Part shown: positions 49,294 through 57,497 of the stretch, piece by piece
Layout: each line of letters starts with the position of its first letter
Numbering within the stretch: the stretch's first letter is position 1
Sequence record: JN849462.1
Strand: one strand, 5' to 3'
DNA length: 64,000 nucleotides
The notes under the pieces: model-generated
Seen by the model: only the letters and a program-made list of their open reading frames with translations
What the model was told of the DNA's origin: nothing
Databases searched by the model: none
Made by a program: the position numbers and the translations under genes

Positions 49294-50478
49294 CTAAGCG
49301 ACGAACGCTACGCGCTGTACGATTGTCTGTTTTTCGTCGCGAAACTCGTCGTGAGCTTTTACAGTCGCTTTTACAGTTACTGTAGTGCCGTTCTCAATCG
49401 TTTCGCCGTCTTTGTCACGTAGGCGAGTTGAGCCAAACCACACGATTAGGTTGTTTTGTCCGTCGCGGAAATGATGAATGAACGTGTCGCCATAGTAGCC
49501 TTCAGATACGATGACTTTTTCAAGTGTCACATTGAAGTTTTCACGTTTTTTGATAGTACCGACGTGCTCAGATTCTGGTAACTCTGCTTTACGTTCAGCT
49601 TCGCGTTTAGCTAGAATCTCACGCTCTTTTGCTTTGTTAAAAGCCAAGATAGCTGCTGCAATGTAACCAGTTTGCTTGTACTCGATGAATGGAGCAGCAC
49701 ATGACGCGATAACATTGTGCATGAAATCGTTCGTCGCTTCTTGAGTTGCAACCCATTCTAAGATCTCTTTTGCTTGCTCTTCACACTTATCGTAATCGTA
49801 TTCAGCAAGCATTGCATCACGCTCTTCACGCAGTGCTGGTGAACCAACATTAATCATGTCGATAACCCACTGACGAGTCACGCCACCACCATGGTAACAG
49901 CCTTTGTGCTTAACATACATAGCAGCCCATGTAACAATCTGAAGTGCGTTGTATGAGATTTTACGAGAACCACCACCCCATGACTCTTCATCACCGAAAT
50001 CAGCGATTGCAGTGTAGAACGTAGCTAGTGAGTCGATAGATTTAGTTGGTAGGTAGTATTTCAAGCATGAACCACCGACGCGCATTTCTTCTTTCGTCTC
50101 TTCATTTTGAATGACGTAAGTTACATTACGCTGACGCTTAGAGTTGCAGTGATCGCAAGTTGTGTCACCTAGAAGATGACGATGATTAGTCTCGTTGTTA
50201 GATCGAACAAGATTTGTTGCGTGGTCAAGTTGAGTCAAGAAAGACCAACCTTTAGTTGAAGGGTATTCACCGCGAATAGTCACATCAACGTAATATTCAC
50301 GATATTTTTGATGATTGATTATAATGACTTCCGAGTACACTTCACCGAACTCAAATGTGATTTCAGCAACACCAAGACGTTTTGCAATCTTGTTAGTAGA
50401 TGCAACACGCGCTTCGAACTCGCTCATGTAGATTGATTTGATTGTGTAAGTGTTTTCGAATTTGTTTAGTGAAGTCAT
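49294..50478 (-). CDS. Hypothetical early protein with a Cys cluster and a C-terminal OB-fold-like domain
   Basis: CDHC...VGGSCL and a beta-rich C-terminus; TTGACG-N17-TAATAT promoter at 50521-50549. Confidence 0.75.
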   Translation of the reverse strand: MTSLNKFENTYTIKSIYMSEFEARVASTNKIAKRLGVAEITFEFGEVYSEVIIINHQKYREYYVDVTIRGEYPSTKGWSFLTQLDHATNLVRSNNETNHRHLLGDTTCDHCNSKRQRNVTYVIQNEETKEEMRVGGSCLKYYLPTKSIDSLATFYTAIADFGDEESWGGGSRKISYNALQIVTWAAMYVKHKGCYHGGGVTRQWVIDMINVGSPALREERDAMLAEYDYDKCEEQAKEILEWVATQEATNDFMHNVIASCAAPFIEYKQTGYIAAAILAFNKAKEREILAKREAERKAELPESEHVGTIKKRENFNVTLEKVIVSEGYYGDTFIHHFRDGQNNLIVWFGSTRLRDKDGETIENGTTVTVKATVKAHDEFRDEKQTIVQRVAFVA

Positions 50479-50587
50479 AATATTCTCTCTTGTTGTGGAC
50501 GATTCGTTTCGTTGATAGAGATATTACGGCTTTTTGGTGTAGTCGTCAACCAATAGATACAAAAAAAGCGCAAAAATGCGCTTTTCT

Positions 50588-51550
50588 TTATTTGTCGAGC
50601 ATGAATATTGTCACATCATCTTGAGATTCAAACGATGGTTTGTAACCGTATTGCGGTCCAAGACGATTGAATAAACGCTTGTACAGACTGATTCGTTTCT
50701 CGTTTCCATCTTTGATTGATGTTGCAATTGTCTCACAGTTGTATTTCTTAGCAAAGTTCACTGTTTCATTGACTACCGTTGCAAATACTTGCATTGGGTT
50801 TTCAGAAGCAGTCAGATCATTAGTCCAACCACTCTCACCGCGAACTTGAAAATGCACTTCAACAGCTTTTACAAACTCAGGCGGATTGAAATTGAAAATC
50901 TCATCATTACTACCCCAATCAATGCCTCGCGGTATTAGAATGACGCGATAAACTTGTTTACCTATCTGAAATAGACCCTCAATTGGTTTCTTGTTACCCA
51001 CGGGAACGTCGCCTTTCGGGTACATGACTTTAGCGGGCTTGTCAAGTGATTCCGTCAAATTAACCGAAGACAGCCACTCGCGCCATGTCTTTTTATTTCC
51101 GATTTTCGCAAACGGAATATCGTCATGATCTAGCCACTGTGCCGAGCGGTCATACGACTGAGAAGTATCAAATCCGCGGTAATCATCGCCAACCCATAGC
51201 CATTTATGATGCCAGATTTGATTGACTTGACGTGGCTTAGAAACAGCACCGTCTTTGTAAGTGATCATCATACCCGCGGCTGGTTCTTGTACAGTGTCAA
51301 ATTCAACTGAGTCATAGAACGCAACGCCACCTTTTTTATAGTCAATTCTGACAATGTTCGGTGTGAATTGCGGATTTGCTATTGATACTTGAGTACGAGC
51401 ATCAGCAACCATTTGCTTGAACTCGTCAGGAACATAGTCAACGTGAACATATAATGAACCGCCAATGTCTTTACCAACGCCCCATTTGCTGCGTTTTACT
51501 GCACTACCTTTTCGGGTTTTTAATGTAGCGCGTTCAAAAATTATGCTCAT
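50588..51550 (-). CDS. Two-domain hypothetical protein, probably a late or internal head protein
   Basis: N-domain GKDIGGSLYVH...EFDT.QEP...IWHHK; internal NLTES; C-domain ending RISLYKRL. Confidence 0.75.
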   Translation of the reverse strand: MSIIFERATLKTRKGSAVKRSKWGVGKDIGGSLYVHVDYVPDEFKQMVADARTQVSIANPQFTPNIVRIDYKKGGVAFYDSVEFDTVQEPAAGMMITYKDGAVSKPRQVNQIWHHKWLWVGDDYRGFDTSQSYDRSAQWLDHDDIPFAKIGNKKTWREWLSSVNLTESLDKPAKVMYPKGDVPVGNKKPIEGLFQIGKQVYRVILIPRGIDWGSNDEIFNFNPPEFVKAVEVHFQVRGESGWTNDLTASENPMQVFATVVNETVNFAKKYNCETIATSIKDGNEKRISLYKRLFNRLGPQYGYKPSFESQDDVTIFMLDK

Positions 51551-51552
51551 TA

Positions 51553-52146
51553 TTACCTCGTTGCTGCGTTTGTGATATTTCTGATCATACGCACTGCGAA
51601 TTGAGTGTCGCCTGTCATGGCTGCTGACGCCGCCTTATCAACGTAAAACGTGCTATCTTCGATCATGTTCAAGTGATGATAGATTTCACGAAAATCGTGA
51701 CGGTCGAACTCTTTAGTCGTGAATCGAAGTGCACCTGCTTTCTTGTCATCATCGTGAACACGTTTGTATTCATCAATGACTCGAATCATTTCACTAGCGT
51801 ATTTCTTCATTTCCATGTTATCGAGCTTCAAACGTTTTGCTGCTTGAATTACCTCGTCACGAGGACGCTCAAGTTCAATCGCATCTTTAAGAATGTTCAG
51901 ACTGTGAATGGTATTCACTGCTGCCTTTTCCATTTGTAATTTGTGATCTTCAAGCGTTCGATTGTGCTTTCTCAATTCACCGGTTGCGGTAGCACTTGCA
52001 ATCAAGCCAGCAAAAACGCCCCAGAACCCGCCTTTACGCTGCAAGCGTTTCTTAACTTCGCCTTTCGAACCTGCTGTAATTGCTTGAAATTGCGCCCATT
52101 TTCCGCTTTTTCTTGCTTTATCCATTTCTGTTAAAAATTCAATCAT
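51553..52146 (-). CDS. Hypothetical helical protein, candidate internal head protein
   Basis: MIEFLTEM N-terminus; TCTAAATA late-type box at 52172-52179. Confidence 0.7.
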   Translation of the reverse strand: MIEFLTEMDKARKSGKWAQFQAITAGSKGEVKKRLQRKGGFWGVFAGLIASATATGELRKHNRTLEDHKLQMEKAAVNTIHSLNILKDAIELERPRDEVIQAAKRLKLDNMEMKKYASEMIRVIDEYKRVHDDDKKAGALRFTTKEFDRHDFREIYHHLNMIEDSTFYVDKAASAAMTGDTQFAVRMIRNITNAATR

Positions 52147-52187
52147 AGTTTTAACCCCTTATTGTTTACTGTATTTAGACGTAAACG

Positions 52188-52211
52188 AAAAAAGGGCGAC
52201 CGAAGTCACCC
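52188..52211 (-). terminator. Rho-independent terminator
   Basis: GGGTGAC-TTCG-GTCGCCC-TTTTTT. Confidence 0.8.
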
Positions 52212-52228
52212 TTTAACAGTTGGTTAAA

Positions 52229-52855
52229 TTAACCGTAGATTGCTTTGATGTTATCAAAGAATGCGCTTGATTTGTTCACTTTCGCAATGACATACCGAGC
52301 GTTAGTGCAAACTAGCGACTTAACATTGATGTTCTCTAGTTCAGATTTCGTTAGATTTGCGTTTTGCACAAGTGTTAGGATCTCACGAGCGTCGTCGCGT
52401 AGTGCAATAGATGCCAAATAACGAACCTGCTGCTTTGTTTCGAGATTCTTGAAGGCATCAATCGCATTCTGACCTGCGATAGCTACTGAAGCGCCTAGAC
52501 CACGATTCAGTGCGCGAGTCAAAAGCTTCTCAAGACCAACAATCGGGTTTCGCGGTGTTCCACGCTGTGGAATATCAACTGAAAGCTTACCACTGTTCTT
52601 CAGTGAGTATACGTGAACTTCTTTCGATCCGAACTTCTCAAAACGACATACGATAATCTCGTCTGATTTTTGAACGTTGTCTTGAACTCGACGGCGAAGT
52701 TGTTCGTTATATTCACCGCCATTCAGCGCATACACGATTTCAGCAACTGTTAGATCGCGTTTCGAAAGGAGTTCGATGATCGCAGGGCGAAAATTAGTAC
52801 GGCTAACAGTTTCGTTGTTTGCTAGTGCTTTGCGTACGATTTCAATATTTTTCAT
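52229..52855 (-). CDS. Hypothetical protein, possible N-terminal winged helix
   Basis: GAGAA RBS; IIELLSKRDLTVAEIVYAL helix pattern. Confidence 0.7.
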   Translation of the reverse strand: MKNIEIVRKALANNETVSRTNFRPAIIELLSKRDLTVAEIVYALNGGEYNEQLRRRVQDNVQKSDEIIVCRFEKFGSKEVHVYSLKNSGKLSVDIPQRGTPRNPIVGLEKLLTRALNRGLGASVAIAGQNAIDAFKNLETKQQVRYLASIALRDDAREILTLVQNANLTKSELENINVKSLVCTNARYVIAKVNKSSAFFDNIKAIYG

Positions 52856-52871
52856 GATATAATTCTCTCAA

Positions 52872-53147
52872 TTAAATTTGTTTTTCGACGGGAACTTGTG
52901 TTTCGTTGAAATACTTACCTGTATATTCAGTGTAAGCTTCGTGAAAGCTGTCAAGCTCATCATCTACAATAATCTGTTCGCCGGTTTCGAATGTATACAT
53001 GATACAATCATATAAACCCGTGGCAGCATTGTACATTGGTTCAGTTGTGAATCTCACACCGCACGGCGTGAAAAGCTCAATTCTGACTTCAGGGACTGGT
53101 ACTTGCTCTGCATTGTGTACTGCAAATGCTTGTTCTAATCTAGTCAT
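52872..53147 (-). CDS. Hypothetical early protein (91 aa)
   Basis: ATG at 53147 with an AGAGAG RBS; TTGACA-N17-TAAACT promoter at 53180-53208. Confidence 0.65.
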   Translation of the reverse strand: MTRLEQAFAVHNAEQVPVPEVRIELFTPCGVRFTTEPMYNAATGLYDCIMYTFETGEQIIVDDELDSFHEAYTEYTGKYFNETQVPVEKQI

Positions 53148-53208
53148 AATGTGCTCTCTGTATTGTCTCAACGAAAACAAGTTTAGGTCAAGACAATACT
53201 AATGTCAA

Positions 53209-53697
53209 TTACTTTTTGCGCCATTTTGCAAGTTTTTCATCGTATTCACTGTGCTTCCACAAATCAAACACGATAGTACCGCTCTGAAACCACCACACAA
53301 GTGAGATTGTATCATTCAGCTTAGGATCTTTAGGGTTCTTTCCTAAGTAAAGCTCAGTACTCGGGTGCGAGTGGTAGATTGCTTTTTTGACAGCGAACTT
53401 ATATCCGCCTTCTGGCATACCAATTTCTTTCGGTGGGTAGATATTACCCAGATACGCTACTTGGTATACTGTGTTTTTGAACACAACACGAGCCGAGTCA
53501 ATATTGAAAAGCAAGTTTTGATACTTAGCAGCATTCGGGGCAATCTTCCATTTATTCTTAGGCTTGGTTTCGAGTAGTTTATCAATCTCTGGTTCTGGTA
53601 TCAATTTACCGAGATTGTGATTTCCCCATTCTTCCTCAAGAGAAAGACTAATATGAATGCCGTAAAGCGTGTTTTCATATTCGTTAAATCGAAGCAT
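53209..53697 (-). CDS. Hypothetical protein
   Basis: GAGG RBS; MLRFNEYE N-terminus. Confidence 0.7.
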   Translation of the reverse strand: MLRFNEYENTLYGIHISLSLEEEWGNHNLGKLIPEPEIDKLLETKPKNKWKIAPNAAKYQNLLFNIDSARVVFKNTVYQVAYLGNIYPPKEIGMPEGGYKFAVKKAIYHSHPSTELYLGKNPKDPKLNDTISLVWWFQSGTIVFDLWKHSEYDEKLAKWRKK

Positions 53698-53701
53698 GTT
53701 G

Positions 53702-54208
53702 TTACCTCAGATAAGTGAAGCTATTTGAATTGCGTTCATGAACTAACAATTCACCGCGAAGCTTAACCCAATGTTCAATTGTCTTTAGATCGTGCGAGTC
53801 TCGACGACCGATGTGCCAATCATGAATGATTTCAGCCGATAACGGTTGATATAATTCATCACCGCGACGATATGTAGGCATCCATTTAGGTTTGAATTCA
53901 TCTTCGACCTTAATCGCATCAACTGGATCGACTAGAACTACGTCAACACGTTCTAAATGCTCGTGAGATTCAACGTCAACGAATTCAGTGTCTTTGGCAT
54001 CTGATTCATCGACTAAATCACAACGAGCCTCAGAATCAATTACAGCGCATTCTAGCGGCACTTCAGTTTGAGATACGATTTCATGAGCGATAAGCTCTTC
54101 GATCATTTTGCTCTTGGTAAGTGATTTGTCAAGTTCGATGTCATAATGTTTCAACGCGAATTCAGCGACACCTCGCTTAGTCTGTTTCTTTAGATATTCA
54201 GTAATCAT
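53702..54208 (-). CDS. inh: Inh (inhibitor of prohead protease gp21) homologue
   Basis: HYDIELDKSLTKSKMIEEL and RGELLVHERNSNSF motifs; divergent from uvsW as in T4; AAGGA RBS before 54208. Confidence 0.6.
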   Translation of the reverse strand: MITEYLKKQTKRGVAEFALKHYDIELDKSLTKSKMIEELIAHEIVSQTEVPLECAVIDSEARCDLVDESDAKDTEFVDVESHEHLERVDVVLVDPVDAIKVEDEFKPKWMPTYRRGDELYQPLSAEIIHDWHIGRRDSHDLKTIEHWVKLRGELLVHERNSNSFTYLR

Positions 54209-54216
54209 ATTATTCC

Positions 54217-54423
54217 TTAGCAATTAATAGTGACCCATTCGTTTTGGTTCAAGTCAAAGAATGTCAGAGTATCGACACAACGTTCATTCTTCCTCATTTC
54301 TTCGCGATTCGTTTCAAGAACAGGCAAATAATGCTTGCACAATGTGGCGTGATATTGGCACCCGTCGCGTTCTAATTTAAGACATCCTTGCGTCATACAG
54401 GACATCATTTCTTCTCGTGTCAT
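54217..54423 (-). CDS. Small hypothetical protein
   Basis: GAGG RBS; 68 aa. Confidence 0.55.
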   Translation of the reverse strand: MTREEMMSCMTQGCLKLERDGCQYHATLCKHYLPVLETNREEMRKNERCVDTLTFFDLNQNEWVTINC

Positions 54424-54436
54424 GATTTTAGACCTC

Positions 54437-54444
54437 TATAAATA
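54437..54444 (+). promoter_or_regulatory. Late promoter TATAAATA
   Basis: Exact late box upstream of uvsW. Confidence 0.8.
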
Positions 54445-54486
54445 CAGTTATACATATTTAGACAAAACTCGCATAGAGAGAAAAAC

Positions 54487-56010
54487 ATGACAGATATTAA
54501 AATTGAGTACTTCGATGAGAGTTATGCGAGAGTCGTAGCCGAGCCAAGCATTACTCATGAAATGATTGATTACTTTTCATTTCTAACTGACGGGTACAAA
54601 TTCAACCCTAAATTTAAAATGGGCATATGGGATGGCAAGATTCGACTAATGACGTATCAAGGTCTATTACCATACGGTCTAGTCGGTCAAGCTAAAGCGT
54701 TTGCATCAAACATGATGTACACGATTGAAACTGATCCACTACTTGATCCGATTGAGAAAATTTCTCGTGAAGATTTTGAAGCATGGGTTGCTTCTCTTGA
54801 TATTTACGGTGGCAGCAATAAAATTAGCCCGTACTGGTATCAAATGGATTCAGTATTTCACGGTATTAACAATCAGCACAGCCTTTTGAATCTACCAACA
54901 TCTGCGGGTAAGTCGCTGATTCAGTCACTTTTGACACGTTGGTTTTTAGAAAATCACGAAGCTCAGAAAGTGTTGATTATCGTCCCAACGACTGCACTAG
55001 TTCAGCAAATGCGTGACGACTTTTTAGACTATCGCTTGTTTGAACATGGTGACATATATCAAATTCGAGGTGGCGTAGATAGAGACGCAATCGGAGATTG
55101 TCGTATTGTTGTTTCAACATGGCAATCGGCTGTTAAGCAAGATAAAGCATGGTTCGATCAGTTCGGTATGCTTCTAGTCGATGAATGTCACTTAGCAACG
55201 GGTAAGTCGCTTGACGGCATCATCAAAAAAATGACCAGTTGTGAATACAAAATCGGTCTTACTGGTTCACTTAGAGACGGTAAAGCTAATATTCTACAGT
55301 ACGTGGGTTCATTTGGTGATATTTTCAGACCTGTATCGACTGCACAGCTAATGGAAGAAGGGCAAGTAACTGATCTGAAGATCAATTGCTTGATGCTTGA
55401 ATATCCTCAGCCACTACGTGATGAAATGAAAGGCAGTTCATATCAAGAAGAAATGAAATTCATTCTTGAGAACAAACAGCGAAATCGTTACCTGATTAAG
55501 CTTGCTCATCATCTGAGTGCTAAGAAAGGCGAGAACACGCTATTACTGTTCAAGAACATCAAACATGGTAAATTGCTTTACGAAGCATTGAAGAAAGTAT
55601 ACGACCCTGAGAAAGTGTTCTACGTATCAGGTGAAACTAAGACTGACGACCGTACGCATGTTAAGAAAATTGCAGAAGATATTGACGGGGCAGTTATTGT
55701 CGCATCATACGGTGTATTCTCGACTGGTATCAGTATCAAGAAACTACACAACGTAATTTTCGCACACCCGACAAAGAGTAAGATCATCAACTTACAGTCG
55801 ATTGGTCGTATTCTACGTAAGCACGGTTCGAAAGTTACTGCGAAGCTGTTTGACATTATCGACAACTTAGCGATCAAGCCGAAACGAGCTAACGCTAAGA
55901 AGCCGTATACGCATGTCAATTATACTATGAAGCATGGGATGCAGCGTATTGAGCTTTACAACCAAGAAGAGTTCAAGTACGCAGTCAAAAAAGTTGACCT
56001 TGCTGCATAA
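54487..56010 (+). CDS. uvsW: UvsW helicase
   Basis: LPTSAGKS, VDECH, GLTGS and QSIGRILR superfamily 2 motifs. Confidence 0.96.
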   Translation: MTDIKIEYFDESYARVVAEPSITHEMIDYFSFLTDGYKFNPKFKMGIWDGKIRLMTYQGLLPYGLVGQAKAFASNMMYTIETDPLLDPIEKISREDFEAWVASLDIYGGSNKISPYWYQMDSVFHGINNQHSLLNLPTSAGKSLIQSLLTRWFLENHEAQKVLIIVPTTALVQQMRDDFLDYRLFEHGDIYQIRGGVDRDAIGDCRIVVSTWQSAVKQDKAWFDQFGMLLVDECHLATGKSLDGIIKKMTSCEYKIGLTGSLRDGKANILQYVGSFGDIFRPVSTAQLMEEGQVTDLKINCLMLEYPQPLRDEMKGSSYQEEMKFILENKQRNRYLIKLAHHLSAKKGENTLLLFKNIKHGKLLYEALKKVYDPEKVFYVSGETKTDDRTHVKKIAEDIDGAVIVASYGVFSTGISIKKLHNVIFAHPTKSKIINLQSIGRILRKHGSKVTAKLFDIIDNLAIKPKRANAKKPYTHVNYTMKHGMQRIELYNQEEFKYAVKKVDLAA

Positions 56011-56022
56011 TAGATACGAAAA

Positions 56023-56046
56023 AGGGAGCAAATTGCTCCCTTTTTT
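56023..56046. terminator. Bidirectional terminator
   Basis: AAAAGGGAGCA-AAT-TGCTCCC-TTTTTTT. Confidence 0.8.
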
Positions 56047-56047
56047 A

Positions 56048-56158
56048 TTAGTCAGAAAAGATTGCCGAGAGAATCGCACCGATTAACTCGAACAGAAATT
56101 CAAATGGCGCCCAGAGCCAGTCGAAAAACCCACGATCTCGTTTACGATCTCTGCTCAT
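56048..56158 (-). CDS. Possible 36-aa peptide (MSRDRKRDRGFFDWLWAP...)
   Basis: AAGG RBS; fills the gap before the terminator. Confidence 0.35.
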   Translation of the reverse strand: MSRDRKRDRGFFDWLWAPFEFLFELIGAILSAIFSD

Positions 56159-56162
56159 ACCT

Positions 56163-56333
56163 TTACCCGTTTAGAAGTTGTGTTTCGACAAGTTGCTGAT
56201 CGCCGCCAGATTCAGAAATAGCCATTTCTGCTAGATGTTGCTGACATTGACCTGCGTGAACTGTGCCTTGTGGCGTATCAATCGTGACATCGCCTTCTTT
56301 GATAGGTTGCTTGCATACAACACAATGTGCCAT
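56163..56333 (-). CDS. uvsY.-2: UvsY.-2-like small protein
   Basis: CVVCKQPI...GTVHAGQC...ETQLL matches the T4 ORF. Confidence 0.8.
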   Translation of the reverse strand: MAHCVVCKQPIKEGDVTIDTPQGTVHAGQCQQHLAEMAISESGGDQQLVETQLLNG

Positions 56334-56506
56334 TAGTCTAACCCCGATTTTGTAAGTGATTGGTAGAGTGCGAAGTCGTTGACTTGCAATGAGCCATTCA
56401 ATTCCCACCCGTCGTTTAGTAGCTCTTGCACCTCTTCTTCGAATTCATCTGCGAACTCATGACGCCGAGATACTACTTTGTATTTATGTCTAAGCCAGTT
56501 CTGCAT
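56333..56506 (-). CDS. Small hypothetical protein (57 aa, MQNWLRHKYKVV...LLNDGWELNG)
   Basis: Manually translated; TAATG coupling with the next ORF. Not in the ORF track. Confidence 0.65.
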   Translation of the reverse strand: MQNWLRHKYKVVSRRHEFADEFEEEVQELLNDGWELNGSLQVNDFALYQSLTKSGLD

Positions 56507-56507
56507 A

Positions 56508-56921
56508 CTACATACCTATTGCTAGTTTGAATAGAGCAGACGCTTTACCACCATCGAAAACTTTACCTGTAGCCTTTAGAGCGCCCATTAGTTTGCCCAT
56601 ATCACGCATAGAATCTGCACCAGTTTCTAGCACGAAGTTAGAAACAAACGTGTCTAGCTCTGAATCGGATATTTTTGCTGGTAGCAAAGACTCAAGAACA
56701 GCGTTTTCAGCGTTCAGAATGTCAACATGGTCGCCCTGTGCGTGTTCAAGTGCGAGTTTGTTGTTGTCGATTGCGCTTGAGATCACTTTGATGCAAGATT
56801 CATCATCGTGTTTTTGACGACGGTCAAGTTCACCCATAATGACACCCAAGACAGACGCAACTGCGTTGTTGCGGTCTTTACGAGCTTGTAGGCGTGTTGC
56901 TTTGATTGTTTCGATGATCAT
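56508..56921 (-). CDS. GatB/YqeY-domain protein
   Basis: ARKDRN...LGVIMGEL and DMGKLMGALK...FDGGKAS motifs. Confidence 0.8.
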   Translation of the reverse strand: MIIETIKATRLQARKDRNNAVASVLGVIMGELDRRQKHDDESCIKVISSAIDNNKLALEHAQGDHVDILNAENAVLESLLPAKISDSELDTFVSNFVLETGADSMRDMGKLMGALKATGKVFDGGKASALFKLAIGM

Positions 56922-57331
56922 ACTATACCACTCTCAATTTTTCTATTATCAATAATGTGTTTAATTGTGAAGCCCATTTGGCTAATGCCTTTCAAAGCTT
57001 CTTCGATGAAAGATAACACATCTTTCATGTGTTGAAAACGTGCAATCGCTAATTGAAGAGCCTCATCACCAGCGAGTGCGTATTTCATTTCACTTTTTTC
57101 AACGATAAAATCACAAACTTCATCGTCATGCTTGCCGCTATAAAAGAGCCAGCGGTCTTTTCTCACTGCTTCCATTTTCATTTCAGCTTTAATAAGAAGC
57201 TGTCTTGCATCGGCTCTATATGCAAGCCACTTTGCATGAAGTACTGGGATTCGAATGGCTGCTGTTTCTAGTGCAGTCGTATCGATCTTAACGTCTTCAT
57301 GGTATTCTGCTTTTAAATCTTGTAACTTCAT
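56918..57331 (-). CDS. uvsY: UvsY recombination mediator
   Basis: MKLQDLK, DVKID and GFTIKHIIDNRKIESG motifs; 137 aa from ATG 57331 with a GAGG RBS. Confidence 0.92.
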   Translation of the reverse strand: MKLQDLKAEYHEDVKIDTTALETAAIRIPVLHAKWLAYRADARQLLIKAEMKMEAVRKDRWLFYSGKHDDEVCDFIVEKSEMKYALAGDEALQLAIARFQHMKDVLSFIEEALKGISQMGFTIKHIIDNRKIESGIV

Positions 57332-57351
57332 ATAATACCCTCGCTTCATCA

Positions 57352-57495
57352 AGTATACATATCAAACGGGTTTTTGTAAACACGAATCTCACTAATACTT
57401 CTAATATCACTAAAAGCACTAATTCTACTAAGATGATGCGGAATTTTTCCGCATCTTACCTTTTGCTTCGCGTATAAAAAAGCCCCGAAGGGCTT
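57352..57495 (-). repeat. Conserved intergenic element, copy C, upstream of uvsY
   Basis: Terminator 57476-57494, TGCGG-AATTTT-TCCGCA hairpin, CTAA at 57392, 57401, 57410, 57419, 57428, then TTTACA-N17-TATACT (57352-57380). Confidence 0.8.
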
Positions 57496-57497
57496 TC

